64,000 bases of DNA from Scenedesmus sp. PABB004 (lineage: Eukaryota), in NCBI GenBank assembly GCA_014905635.1, contig JABVCE010000030.1, positions 186,001 through 250,000 of the forward strand, read 5' to 3'. Each line of letters opens with the position of its first letter. The first letter of the stretch is position 1. Positions 33,131 through 45,492 of the stretch are shown here, one piece after another. The translations under genes and the position numbers were made by a program. The notes below the pieces were generated by a model. That model saw nothing but the letters and a program-made list of their open reading frames with translations. It was not told where the DNA came from and did not search any database.

Positions 33131-35668
33131 TCAGCGGCCGCTCGGCGCGGCCGCGCCGCCGCCGGCGCTGGCGTCGGCGTCGGCGTAGGCCCCGAACGGC
33201 AGCTGCACGGTGCCGAGGTAAAAGGCGGGCAGCCCCCCGCCGGGGTGGTACATGCCGCCCGCGCAGTAGGCGCCGGCCGGGTCGGCCATGGCCTCGTCGC
33301 CCTCCTCGGCCTCCTGCTTGACCTCCTGCTTCACCTCCTGCTTGACCTCCTGCTTGACCTTGGCGCCCCGCTGCTTGGCGGGCGCGCGCGCCTTGGCCGC
33401 GCGGCGCGCGCGCTTGGGCACGGGCGCCTCGTCTGCGGGCGCGAGCCGCGGCGCGGCGCGGCGGCCAGGTGAGCGCCGCCGCGGCGCTGGGCGCCTGCCA
33501 GTCCCCGGCCGGCGGGCGCGGCGTCGGCTGCCGGCGCGCTCATGAGCTGGGCTGCGCTGGGATGGGCTGGGCCCGGCGCGCGATCAGCGGGGGGCCCCCG
33601 CAGGCGCGCGGCCCGCACCCTCGTCGTCGTCAGAGTCGGCGCCCTCGCCGCCGTCGCGCGCGGCGGCCACAGCGGCGCGCACGCCCGCGGCGGCCCTGGT
33701 GCGCAGGCTGCGGCGCGGGCCGTTCTTCTCGGGCGTCACCGGCGCTGCGCGGCGGACGGGGGCGCCAGGCGGCGGCCGGGCAGCGCGTCAGCGGCCGTCC
33801 TGGCTCCCGGCGGCGGCTGGCTGCCGCTAGCGGCCGCACGCGGCGCGCGCGCCCCACCTGCTGCCGCCTCCTCGTCCGCCTCGTCGTCGTCGCTGCTGGC
33901 GGCGGCGGCGGCGGCCTTCTTGCGCGGCGCGGCGCGCTTGCGGCTGGCGGTGGCGGCCGCGCCACCGCCTGCCGCCTGGGTGGCCTCGCGCTCGGCGGCC
34001 TTCTTGGCCTGCGGGCTCGGCGGCGGCAGCGGCGGCGGCGGGCTCGCAGGTGCGCGAGGCGCGTGGCGGCGGCAGCGCGCAGCGCGTGCGCCGCAGGGCG
34101 GGCCCGCGGGGGCACGCGGCGGCGGCGCGCCTTCTCCTCGTCCTTGGCCGCCTTGGCCGCCGCGCGCTTCTCCTTGGCGGCGGCCTGCAGGCGCGCCGGG
34201 AGGAGGGGCGGGCGCGCGCGGGCAGCAGGCGGGCGGCGGCTCACGGGCCGCCAGGCGCGTCACGGCGCAGACGGCGGCGGGGCCCTGCGGTCGGCGGTCC
34301 CGGCACCCAGGGCCGGCCGCCCTCACCCTGCCCCCCCCCCCAAAACACACACACAGACCTGCGCCAGGTCCTTGGCCTCCTTGGCCGCCTCGCGCGCCTC
34401 CGCGCGCGCCCGCGCCTTGGCCGCCTTGGCCGCGTCCTCAGCCTCGAGCTGCGGCGCACGGCGAGCAGCGCAGCACGCGCAGCGCGCGGCTCGCGGCGCG
34501 CGGAGCCGGGCGCGGCGCGCGGCGCGCGGCGCGGCCGCACCTTCCTGAGCGCCGCCTGGGAGGCGGCGGCGCTGACGCGCCGGGCGCGCTTGGGCGCCTG
34601 CGGCGCGCGGCGCGCGGCGCGCGGCGCGTGGGGCGTGGAGCGCGCGCCCGCGGACCCGGCTGGTCCGGACCAGCCCGCCGCCGCGGTCCGGACGCGCGCG
34701 CGTGCGTATGGGACTGGACCCCTCTCGCGTGCGCGCGCGCGCACCGCGCCGGGCGTGCAGGGCTGGTCCGCGTCCTCGCCGTCGCTCGCAAATTCGTTGC
34801 CCTCGAACGGCTCCACCTCGCCGCGCACGAGCGCGAGGCGCACGCGCTGCTGCGCGGCGGCGGCGGCACGCGGGGGCTCGGCGCGCGCGGGCCGTGGTTG
34901 GGCGCGGGCCGCGGCGGGGCGCAGGCGCGCGCGCGGGCCCCGCGTGCCCCTGCGGCGCGCGCGGCGCGCCTGGTCCTGCGGCGTCAGCTTGTCGAAGCCC
35001 TTGAGCATGGGCAGGCCGCCGCCGGCGTTGACGTTGGCGATGACCTTGGGGGTGAGGCAGCGCCTGCGCCGTGCACGCGGGGGCGCGTTCGTAAAGGGCG
35101 CGAGCGGGCGGGCGGGCGGGCGGGCGCAGCGGCGCAGCGCGGCTCGCCAGTGGCGCCAGCTCGTGAAGTCGCCGTGGTTGGTGTGGGCGTGGGACCCGAA
35201 GCGCAGCTCGCCCTTCTCGATGAGCCGGTCGGGCGTCCACCTGGGCGCGGGGTGGCGCGGCGGCGGCCGTTGCGGCGCGCGGCGCGCGGCGCGCGGCGCG
35301 CGGCACAGCGGCGGCGGCGCTGCTGTGCTGCGCCGGCCGCGGTGCGCCGCCGCGCACGTGCGGCATGGGCCCTGGGGCCCCTTGCAGCCTGCGCGGCCGC
35401 TCCTGCGCGCGCGCGGGGCGGGCTCGGCGGGGCCGGCGGCGCCGGCGGCGCCGGCGCGCTGCGCGCGCGCAGCAGCGGCGCTGCTCGCCGCCCGCTCGGC
35501 GCGTGCGGGGGCTTTTGGCAGCAGCGCGAGAGCCCTCGCGAGCGCTTACGGGTCGTACTGGACCTCATAGACCACGTGCTCGCCCTCCGCGCGGCCCGGA
35601 ATGCGAAATTGCTCGTCGCTCCCCCCGCCGCCGGGCCCGAAGAGCGAGGCGAGCGCGGCCAGGTCCAT
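33131..35668 (-). CDS. PARP-type zinc-finger protein with Lys/Ala/Glu-rich tail (paralogue B)
   Basis: Spliced VYEVQYDP|SGRAGCKGPQGPCRT|WTPDRLIEKGELRFG...SWRHW|RCLTPKVIAN...LKGFDKLTPQDQ|QRVR. Confidence 0.8.
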
Positions 35669-35989
35669 TTGCAGCCGCGTGAAGTCGAGGCGGAGCCGCG
35701 GGAGTCGCGCGCGGAGTGGCGGAGCGGCCGCGGCGTGCGCCACGCACGGCGGTGACCGGCGCGCCGTTACTGCCGCCCACGCCCACACACATGCAGACAC
35801 GCGCGCGCCGCCGGGCACGGCAGCGGCGCGGGGCGGCGCTGGCCGGCAGCGCGCCCGGCCCGCCGTGCACGCGGCGGCGCCATACCAAACGGCGCGTCGG
35901 GCTCGGCACGCGGCGCGCCGCGCCGCGCCGGGGAGCGGCGGCGCGGGGCGCCGCGCGCCAGCCCGTCGCGCGCGCGCGCGCGTGCGCGC

Positions 35990-37948
35990 TCACGCCTCCG
36001 CCTCGCCCTCCGCCATCTCCTCGTCGTCGTCGCCGTCGTCCTCGCCCTCGTCCTCCTCGTCCTCCTCCTCCTCCTCGGGCTCCGGCTTCTTGGCCGCGGC
36101 CTTCTTGGGCGCGGCCTTCTTGGGCGCGGCCTTCTTCTTGGGCGCCTCCTCCTCCTCTGCGGCCGCGGCGGCGCGCGGGGTGGGCGCGGCGGCGGCGGCG
36201 CGCGGGGCGGGCGCAGCTGAGCACCGGGGCGGCGAGCGCGCGGGGCGGCGAGCGCGCGGGGGCGCGGCGGGGGCGCGGCGGGAGCGCGGCGGGGGCGCGG
36301 GGGGGCGCCGCGCGGCGCGCGCACGCACCCTCGTCGGGCTCCTCAGTCGTGTCCTCCTTGCCGGCCGCGGCGGCGGCCGCGGCGCGCACGCCCTCGGCGG
36401 CCTTGGTGCGCTTGCTGGCGCGCGTGGGCTCCGCCGCGGGGGCTGCGGCGTGGGCCGCAGCGCCCGGCGTCGGCAGAGAGAGAGAGAGAGGCGGCGGCGC
36501 GCGCGGCGCCCGGGCGGCGCGGCAGCGGCCTGCCCGCGCCCGCCCGCGCGCGCGCGCGCGCGCACCAGCGTCGCCCTCGCCCTCGCTGTCGTCGTCGCTG
36601 CCGGCCGCCTTCTTGCGCGGCGCGGCGCGCTTGCGGCCGCCGCCCGCCGCGCGCTTGGCCTCCGCCTCGGCCGCCTTGGCCTTCTTAGCGGCCTCGCGCT
36701 CGGCGGCCTTCTTGGCCTGCGGGCGCGGGCGCGGGCGCGGCGCGGCGCGGCGTCGGCGGCCCACGCGCGAGGCGCGCGGCAGCAGCCCTGCAGCGCGCGC
36801 CGCGCCACGGCGGCGGCGGCGGCGGCGGCGGCGACGCGCCTTCTCCGCGTCCTTGGCCGCCTTGGCCGCGGCCTTCTCCTCGGCCTTGGCCTTCTTCTCG
36901 GCCTCCTTGGCCGCCTTGGCGGCCGCCTTCTCGGCCTCCTTGGCCGCCTTGGCCGCGGCCTGGCGGCGCCGCGCCGCGGGCGGGGGTTGTGGGGGCAGTG
37001 AGCTCGGCGCGCGCCGTGCGCGCAGCGCGCCGCACGCTCAGCGCCCCGCCCCGCGCCGCGCGCCGCACCTTGTCGTCGCCGCCGGCGGCGGCCTTCTTGC
37101 GGCCCTTGGCCTTGGGCGCCTCCTCCTCCTCCTCGCCCTCCTCGCCGGCGTCCACCTCGTCGCCGCCCTCCACCTCCACCTCCACCTCGCCGCGCTCCAG
37201 CGCCGCGCGCACGCGCTCCTGCGCGGGCGGCGGCGGGCACGCGGTGGGCGGGCGCGCGGCCGGCGCCGGCGCGGGGCCACGGCGCCGCCGGCCTCGCGTG
37301 GCGGGGCCCGGCGCGGGCGCGTCGCCGGCAGCACGCCCTGGCGCGCCGCGCGCCCCCACCTGGTCCTCCGCCGTCAGGGTGTCCAGGCCGACCAGGGCCT
37401 CCGCGCCGCCGGCCTTGTTCACGTTGGCAATCACCTTGGCGGTCAGGCAGCGCCTGCGCGGCGCGCGCACGGGCGCGCTCGCTGGGCCGGCGGGCGCGGC
37501 GGGGCGCAGCGTGCGGCGGCGCGCGGCGGGCGGCCGCGCCGCACCAGTGGCGCCAGGCGACGATGGGCGGGCCGTCGCCCTTCTGGCTCTCGGAGGCGAA
37601 GCGCAGCTCGCCTGCGGCGGCCGGCGCAGCATGGCGCGTCGACGGCAGTCGGCACGCCGCGCGCGGCCCGGCGGCGGCAGAGGCGGAGCGCCGCCGAGCA
37701 GCGCGCGCGCACCGTCCGCAATCTTGCGGTCGCCGTGCTTGAGGCACTCCTTCTCGGGGCCCTTGCACTGAGCGCGGCCGCTCCTGCGGCGGCGGGGCGG
37801 GGCGGCGATCACGCGGCGGGCGGCGGCGCGCGGGCGGGGCCGCGGAAGGCGCCGGCGCGGGCGGCGGCGGCGCGGGCGGCCGGCGGGCGCCGCGCGCGCC
37901 CCCGCGCGCGCACTTGGCGTACTCCACTTTGTAGATCGTCTCAGACAT
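35990..37948 (-). CDS. PARP-type zinc-finger protein with H1-like basic and acidic tail (paralogue A)
   Basis: MSETIYKVEYAK|..SGRAQCKGPEKEC..KIAD|GELRF..AWRHW|RCLTAKVIAN..GLDTLTAEDQ|ERVR; tail APKKKAAPKKAAPKKAAAKK then poly-E/D. Confidence 0.85.
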   Translation of the reverse strand: MSETIYKVEYAKCARGGARGARRPPAPPPPAPAPSAAPPARRRPPRDRRPAPPPQERPRSVQGPREGVPQARRPQDCGRCARAARRRSASAAAGPRAACRLPSTRHAAPAAAGELRFASESQKGDGPPIVAWRHWCGAAARRAPPHAAPRRARRPSERARARAAQALPDRQGDCQREQGRRRGGPGRPGHPDGGGPGGGARRARACCRRRARAGPRHARPAAPWPRAGAGRAPAHRVPAAARAGARARGAGARRGGGGGGGRRRGGRRRGGRGGGGGAQGQGPQEGRRRRRRQGAARGAGRGAERAARCAHGARRAHCPHNPRPRRGAARPRPRRPRRPRRRPPRRPRRPRRRPRPRRRPRPRRPRTRRRRVAAAAAAAAVARRALQGCCRAPRAWAADAAPRRARARARRPRRPPSARPLRRPRRPRRRPSARRAAAASAPRRARRRPAATTTARARATLVRARARAGGRGQAAAAPPGRRARRRLSLSLCRRRALRPTPQPPRRSPRAPASAPRPPRACAPRPPPRPARRTRLRSPTRVRARAARRPPAPPPRSRRAPAAPPRARRPARSPPRCSAAPAPRAAAAAPTPRAAAAAEEEEAPKKKAAPKKAAPKKAAAKKPEPEEEEEDEEDEGEDDGDDDEEMAEGEAEA

Positions 37949-38622
37949 GGCTGCGGAGCTCGGGGGCGGTCCTGCGCGGCGACCGGCGGCGCCCGATCGG
38001 CGGCCGATCCGGCGGCGCGGGCCGCTGCTCGCGCGCGAAGCGCCGCCGCCGCCGGCCCGGACCCCGGCCCGCGGCGCCCGCGCGCGCGATCGCCACGATC
38101 CGGCGGAGCTCCGGAGGGACGCGCCCGCGGCGGCGCCCCGCGCGCCGCGCCGCCGGCGCGGCGGGGCCCGCCGCCGCTGCCGCTGCTCCGGCGACGCGTC
38201 GGAGGCCCCCCGGCGCACCTGGCGGCGGGGCCGCGGCGGGTGTCCCGGATCGGGGAAGCCGGAACCTTGGCGGCGTCGCGCCGCGAGCGGCTGCGAACGG
38301 CGGCTGCCGCGCGGCGGCGAGCGCGAGGAGCGGCGCGCGGCACTGCGGGCGGGCGGCGGGCGCGCGTGGCGGGCGTGTGTCGGTGCTGCGGCGGCGCGTG
38401 CGCTGCGGGCGCAAACGCTGCCGCGCCTTGCCCCGCGGCCAGGCGAGCGGGCGGAGTAACACTCCGTCGTCCGGCCGTGGAAGGGCCCGCGCCGCCGGCA
38501 GCGCCGCCCTCTCCGCCCGCGCCGACGCCCGACGCATCACCACGCGCCCCCAGACGCGGCAGCAGCGCACGCCGGCGCGCCGCGCCTCGCCGCTCCCCGC
38601 CCGCGCCTCCCGGGCCCCGGCC

Positions 38623-41600
38623 ATGCGCTCCCTCTACAGAAACGCGCCGCCCGCCAGGGTGGCGGCCGGCCGGCGCCTCGCGGCGCCGGCGCGGCCGCTG
38701 CCGGCGCGCGTCGCGCTCCCCGCGCGCCAGCGCGCGTCCCCTGGCCGCCTGTGCGCTCCGATGGCGGCGGCGGCGGCACTGGTGAGCCCGAGACGCCGCG
38801 ACGCGCGCCGCGACCGCCGCGCCCGCGAGCGCGGCGCGGCCGGGCGCGCGCGCCATGCGTCGCGCCGGCGGCGCCGCACGGGGCCGCCCCGCGGTCCCCC
38901 GGCGTCGCCAGGGCGCGGCGGGTCGGCCCTCGGCGCCACCGCGCCCGCCGCGGCGCGCCCGCGGCGCCAGGGCGCGCCGCTATTGCGGCCGGCGGCGTGT
39001 GGCGGCGTGTGGCGCACAAGCCGGCGTCGCCGCGCCCGCGCCGTCGGCCGCTGGCGGCCGGCCCGCAGCAGCCGCGCCCGCGCCGCCGGCCCGGCCACAG
39101 CGCACAGCCCCCGCCGCACGCCCGCATGCCCGCACGGCCGACGCCCGCGCCGCCGCTGCTCTCCGCCCGCCGCTGCTCTCACGCCCGCGGCAGGCCGACC
39201 CGCCGCAGCCCGAGGCGAGCTTTGCGTCGCTCATGGACGACGAGGACGAGTACGAGCTCGAGGAGGGGGACGAGTTTGAGACCGACAGCGACGGCCTCGC
39301 GCTGAGCGGCGCGGAGACGGACGTCGACGAGACGCTGCTGGTCGACAACCTCGGCCTCTCGCCCGAGACCGCGGCCGCGCTGAAGCGGCGCGGCATCGAG
39401 GCGGTGTTCCCCATCCAGCGCCAGGTGCTCGCGCCCGCGATGGAGGGCCGCGACCTCATCGGCCGCGCCAAGACGGGGAGCGGCAAGACGCTCGCGTTTG
39501 CGCTGCCCGTCGTCGAGTCGCTCATCGCGGAGGACGCCGCGCGCGGCGGGCGCAAGGCGCCCGGCCGCTCCCCGAGGTGCGCGCCAGCGGGGGCGCGGCG
39601 GGGGCGCGACGGGCGCGCGCGGCCCGCGCGGCGGCGGCGCGCGCAGCAGCCGGGGCGGGCCGCTTGCCCGGCCCGGCCCGGCCGCCCGGCCGCCCACCAC
39701 GGCCGCCCGGCGCCGCAGGTGCCTCATCCTCGCGCCGACGCGCGAGCTGGCCAAGCAGGTGGCGTCCGAGTTCAACAGCGTGTGCCCGGGCCTCACCGTC
39801 GCGAGCTTCTACGGCGGCACGAGCATCACCGCCCAGATCGACGCGCTGCGCCGCGGCGTCGACGTCGTCGTCGGCACGCCGGGGCGGCTCATGGACCTGC
39901 TTGAGCGCAAGAAGCTGCACGGCGACAAGGCGCGCCGCGCGCGCCGCTGCTGCGCCCCGCCCGCCGCCGCGCCGGCGCAGCAGCACCCGCGCCGCGGCGT
40001 GCGCGGCCCGTGCCGCGCGGCGCGCTCAGCCGCGCCGCCGCCGCCCCCGCGTCAACCGCGTCCGCCGGCGCGCAGGTGCGGTTTGTGGTGCTGGACGAGG
40101 CGGACCAGATGCTCGACATGGGCTTTGAGGAGGACATGGAGGTCATACTGCAGCAGATGCCGCCGGAGCGGCAGACGATGCTGTTCAGCGCGACGCTGCC
40201 GGGGTGGGTGGCCAAGGTCGCGAAGCGCTACCAGCGCGACCCGCTCACGATCGACCTCGTCGGCGAGGACCAGACGGGCAAGCTCAACGAGGACGTGACG
40301 CTCAACGTCATGCAGGTGCGTGTGTTGTGTGTGGGTGTTTTGTGGGCGTGTGTTGTGGGCGTGTGCAAGCATGTGCGCGCGCGTGTGTGGGCTTGGATGC
40401 GTGTGTGGGCGTGCGGCAGCGAGCGCGCGGGCGGGGCCGGCGCCGGCCCCCGACGCGCGCGTGCCCACCGCCGCCGCGCCGCCGCGCGCCGCCGCCGCGC
40501 AGACGTCGCTGGCGGAGAAGCGGCAGGTGCTGGTGGACCTGCTGAGCGTGTACGCCGCGGGCGGCAAGGCGATCGTGTTCACGCGCACCAAGCTCGGCGC
40601 CGACGAGGTCGCCGCCGCGATCAGCCAGCAGCAGCCGTGCGAGGCGCTGCACGGCGACATCGCGCAGGCGCAGCGCGAGAAGACGCTCGCGCGCTTCCGC
40701 GGCTCCGAGGTCACCGTGCTCATCGCGACCGACGTCGCCGCGCGCGGCCTCGACATCCCCAACGTCGACCTCGTCGTCCACTACGACATCCCCCAGGTCA
40801 GCCCGCCGCCGGGGGGCGAACCCGCGCGCCATTCCGCGCGGCGGCGCCGCCCCTGCGCGGCCCCGCACGCGGCCGGCTGGTCGGCCGGCGTGCGCCGGCG
40901 CCGGCGGCGCGCGCTCACGCGGCCGCGCCGCGCTGCGCCCTGCCGCCTCGCGCCCTGCAGGACTCTGAGTCGTTCCTGCACCGCAGCGGCCGCACCGGGC
41001 GCGCGGGCAACAAGGGCCGCGCCATCGTGATGCACACGCCCGGCGAGGCGCGGCAGCTCGGGCTCATCCTCCAGCAGGTGCGCGGCGGCGGCAGCGCGGC
41101 GCCGCGGCCGGCGGCGTGCGCAGGCTCGCTGGCGGCGGCGGCGGCGGCGCAGGGCGGCAGCGCGCGCGCCCTGCGGCGGCCCACGCCCGTCGCCGCGCGC
41201 CGCCGCCGCAGGTGCGGCTGGCCGGCGGTGAGGTCATCGGCGCGCCCGGCCCCGCCGACGTCATGGCGAGCGCGAGCCGCACCGTGCTGAGCAAGCTGGA
41301 CCGCGTCGAGGGCGGCGTGATCGGTGAGCCCCGGGGGCCCTTGCAGCCGCAGAGCGCCGCAGAGGGCCTTGAGCTCGGAGCAGGGCCGCGCGGTGCGCGC
41401 CGCTCACCTGCCGCGCCCGCGCCGCCCCGCGTGCCGCCAGACTTTTTCATGCCCGCCGCGCAGCGCCTGCTCGCGAGCCCGCAGCCCGAGCGCGTGCTCG
41501 CCGCGGCGCTGGCGAGCATGTCTGGCTTCCGGTGCGCCACGCGGCGCGGCGCTCGCGCGCCGCGGCAGCCGCGGCGGCGGCAGCCCCTCCCGCGCGCGCC

Positions 41601-42474
41601 CCGCGCGCGCCGACGCGCCCGCCGCCGGCGCCGCGCAGGTCTGTCGCGCAGGAGCGCAGCCTGCTGACCGGCGAGGTGGGCATGGTCACGCTCAAGCTGG
41701 AGGCCCAGGCGGGCCGCCTGGACGGCTTCAACTCGACCTCGCAGCTCCTCGAGCGGGTGAGCACCGCATGGCGCGCGCGGGGGCCGGCGCGCTGCGGGCC
41801 TGCCGCCTGCGCGCATGCGCCGCACGCTGCCCCAGCTGACCCGCTCCGCGCGTCGCGCCGCCGCGCAGCTGGTCGGCGGGGCCGTGGGATCGCAGATCGG
41901 CCGCCTCCGCATCCTGCCCGCCGGCGCCGACGGCGCCGGCGGCGTCGCGGTGGACCTGCCCGCTCGCACCGCGGCCGCGGTGCTCGCCGCCGGCGACGCC
42001 GCGGCCGCGGCGGGCGTGAGCGTGAGCAAGCCGACGGGCCTGCCGCTGGACATCAAGGATATGGTCCTGGGCCGCCGCGGTGGCCGGCCGCCCAAGGCCG
42101 ACCGCGGCCTGGGCTCGCGCGGCGGCTCGTTCCGCGGCGGCGGCCGCCGCGACGGGTACGGCGGCGGCGGCGGCGGCCGGCGCGACGGGTACGGGGGCGG
42201 CGGCGGCGGCGGCGGCGGCCGCCGCGACGGCGGCGGCTACGGCGCGCGCAGCGGCCGCGACCGCGACGGCGGCGGCTACGGCGCCCGCGACGGCGGCTAC
42301 GGCGGCCGCGACGGCGGCTACGGCGGTCGCGACGGCGGCTACGGCGGCCGCGACGGCGGCGGCGGCGGCCGGCGCAGCGGCGGCGGCGGCGGCGGCGGCT
42401 GGGGCGACGGCGGCGGCTGGGGCGGCGGCGGCAGCGGCGGCGGCGGCGGCGGCAAGGGCAAGGGCATCTGGTAG
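38623..42474 (+). CDS. DEAD-box RNA helicase, RH3/DDX21 family, organellar transit peptide, Gly/Arg-rich tail
   Basis: [69 protein letters not shown], (RDGGYGG)n. Confidence 0.95.
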
Positions 42475-42751
42475 GCAGCGGCTGGTGGTCGTGTGGGTGG
42501 GGTGCAGGATGGTGCTGCGTGTCGCGTTGCTGTGCTGAGGCGTCTGCCTGCCTGGTGTCCACGCGCCACGAACTGTGGGCGCGCGCAACGCGCCCTGGTC
42601 GTCTGGGGCTGATGGAGAGGGTGTCCCCGGCGCGCCGGCCGCATTTGGCGGCGCGCCGGCGGGGGAATGAAGGCGAGCGGACGCCGCGCGTTGTGGCGGC
42701 GCCACAGGGCGCCGCGCCGCATGAATGTGGCCACGGCCGCGCTCCCCGCCG

Positions 42752-42756
42752 TGTAA
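42752..42756 (+). promoter_or_regulatory. Chlorophyte polyadenylation signal TGTAA
   Basis: About 280 nt after the helicase stop. Confidence 0.5.
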
Positions 42757-42831
42757 ATCTCTGGCTCCAGCACCCGCCACTCAACCGCCCGCGCACAGCC
42801 CCTCTTCTCGCACCGCCGACCGCACGCAGCG

Positions 42832-43937
42832 ATGGCCGTCCTCGCGCGCGCCTCCCCCGCCACCGGCCTCGCGCGCCTCGCCGGCGGGCGTCGCGTGCCT
42901 GCCGTGCGCGCGTCCGTGCGCTCGTCGGTCCGCGCGCGCGCTGCGCAGGACCAGCAGGAGGCCGAGGGCGCCGCGGTGAGCTCGCGCGCTAGCGCCCGCA
43001 CAACACGCGAGCGCGGGCCGCCGGGGAGCTCGCGTTTGGACGCGCCAGGCGTCCCACACCAGCTGCAGCGGCGCAGCTGCGGCCGGCGCCGGCGCGGGCG
43101 CCGTGTGGCTGGCGGCGGCGCAGCAGCGCCGCGGCGCGCGCGCGCCCACGCCGCCCGCCAACGCCGCAGGTGCAGTCCACGCTCTCTGTACTCGACTCGC
43201 TGCTGCCGGTGCAGCCCGAGCCGTCGACGAGCGCGCCCGCGCCGCCGTCGAGCGCTGGCGGCGCCAGCGCGCCCGCGCCGGTCGCGCAGCCGGCGGCGGC
43301 CGCCCGCCCCCAGGCGGCGCGGCCTGGCAAGCCCCTGAGCTTCGAGCAGGTCATGGCCTTCGAGGGGGTGGCTCCAGAGGTCGTGAACGGCCGTGCAGCC
43401 AGTGCGTGCCCGCGACGCGCGCGCTGCGGCCGCGCCCAGCGCCCGCCGCCGTGCTCACGCCTCCCCCCTGCCTCGCCCCCTCCCCGCAGTGCTGGGCTTT
43501 GTCGCGGCGGTTTCGGCAGAGGTTCACGGCGACAGCCTGTTCTCGCAGCTCCTCGCCGGCGGCGGCGTGTCGGCGCTCGCGGTGATCGCGGCGGTGACGC
43601 TCGCGTCGTTTGCGCCCGCCGTGCGCTCCGTGCCGCTGGCCGACGTCTTCAACAAGGGCGCCGGCGCGCCCAAGAGCTTCGGACCCTTCACGCCCGCCGC
43701 CGAGCTCATCAACGGCCGGTGCGCGCGCGCTGCCGGCGGCGGCGGCGTGCACGCCGCCGCCACGTGCTGGCCTCGCAGCAGCCAGTGCGGCGGCAATGGC
43801 GCGGCGCCGCCGAGTGCGCGCCCGCGCGCGCGCCGCTCACGCGCCGCCACCGCCGCACGCTGCGCAGCGCGGCGATGCTGGGGCTGATGGCCCTGGTGTT
43901 CATCGAGGGCACGGGACAGCAGCCCTTCTTCCTCTGA
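42832..43937 (+). CDS. ELIP: Early light-inducible protein (three-helix LHC-like)
   Basis: MAFEGVAPEVVNGRAAMLGFVAA and FTPAAELINGRAAMLGL chlorophyll-binding motifs; transit peptide. Confidence 0.92.
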
Positions 43938-44393
43938 GCTGCCGGAGCGAGCCGCAGGCGGGGCAAGCGTGACTGAGTGGGCGAGACTGAGTGAGGCTGA
44001 GTGAGGCTGAGTGAGACCAAGTGAGCGAGCGCGAGAGCGGGAGGGCCTGCGCGCACGGCGGCTGGGCACGATGGGGCAGCAAGGAACCAAAGCTAACCGG
44101 CGATCCACGTTCTCCACAACCGTCGTGCACCCTCGGCCCCCACGTCGAGCCGCGGCGCGCGCATGCGTTGGCGGCGGCTCCAGTCGGAGCCGCCGCAGCT
44201 ATCGCGCCGGCCCCTCGGTGCGAGCAGCAAAGAAGGCGCACGTGTCGGCCCTGGCCTCGGTGGGCCCGTGCGTTTGGCCGCGCGGCGCCGCGGCGGCGCG
44301 CGCCACGCTGTCGCAGCGCCCAGCAGCACGTTCAGCGCAGTGCCCACCGCCCAGCACTCCCCCCGGCTGCCCGCGTTTCTGCCCCACATCACC

Positions 44394-45455
44394 TCAGACG
44401 GCGTTGGGCCCCGTCGCCGCCGGCGTGGCGCCCGCGTGGGGCGCGCTGGTCGGGTAGCCGGGCGCCGGCGACCACTGCTGCTGCTGCGGCGGCGCGGCGC
44501 CCTGGGGCGGGTAGCCGGCCGGCGCGCCGGCGCCCTGGGGCGGGTACCCGGCGGGCGCGCCGCCGTAGCCGCCACCCATCGGGGCCATCTGCACGCCGCT
44601 CACGGGCATCGCCGTGAGGTGCTGCTGCCTGCGGGCGGGCGGGCGGGCGGGGGCGTGGTCCCCGCTCGGACCGCGCTCGGCGGGCGGCGCCGCTCGCGCC
44701 CCGCCGCCGCGTGCGCCGCCGCCGCCGCCGCACATCTGCTGCGCCGCGGCCTTGTACGCCTTGCCCAGGCGCTTGATGAGGACCATGTTTGTCGCCAGGA
44801 GCGCGAGGAAGCCGGCGGCCGAGATCCAGCACAGCGCGACGACCGCGTTGCGCGCGCCGGCCTGGGGCACGCCCGCCGCGTTGGCCTCGCCCGCGCGCAC
44901 GCCGAGCGTTATCGCGCCCGCGACCCACCAACAGAACGCTGCCGCGTCGAAGCCCGCCTCGATCGCGCGGCCCATGCCGCAGCAGTCCTGCGCGGCCGCG
45001 CGGCGCGGGTGGGCGCGCGCGGCACGGGCGCGCGCGGCGCGGGTGGGCGCGCGCGGCACGGGCGCGCGCGGCGCGGGTGGGCGCGCGCGGCACGGGCGCG
45101 CGCGGCGCGGGTGGGCGCGCGCGGCACGGGCGCGCGCGGCGCGGGCACGCGCCGCGGGCGCGCCACGGGCGCGGCGGCGGTCGCCGGCGCACCATGGTGA
45201 GGCACTGCATCAAGCTCAATATAAAACAGAAGAAGATGCTCACGCTCGCGAGGGAGTAGGCGTACCTGCGCGCCGGCGCGGCGGCGCGTCGCGGCGGCGC
45301 GCGTCGCGGCGGCGCGCGTTGCGGCGGCGGGGCTCGGCAGCGTGGGCCGCAGCGTGCGCGGGCCGCGCCACGCACTCGCAGGTCCCCGGGAACGCGGCCG
45401 TCGCGGCGAAGCAGTCAAAGTCGAACGCGGCGATGCCGGCCTTGGTGCCTGCGCC

Positions 45456-45492
<37 letters not shown>

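Noticed and set aside
42140..42360. Regular 21-bp repeats resembling a CRISPR array
   Set aside because: They encode the RDGGYGG tail of the helicase; no unique spacers and no cas genes.
43970..44020. 10-bp ctgagtgagg repeats
   Set aside because: Short simple repeat in a 3' UTR region with no further structure.
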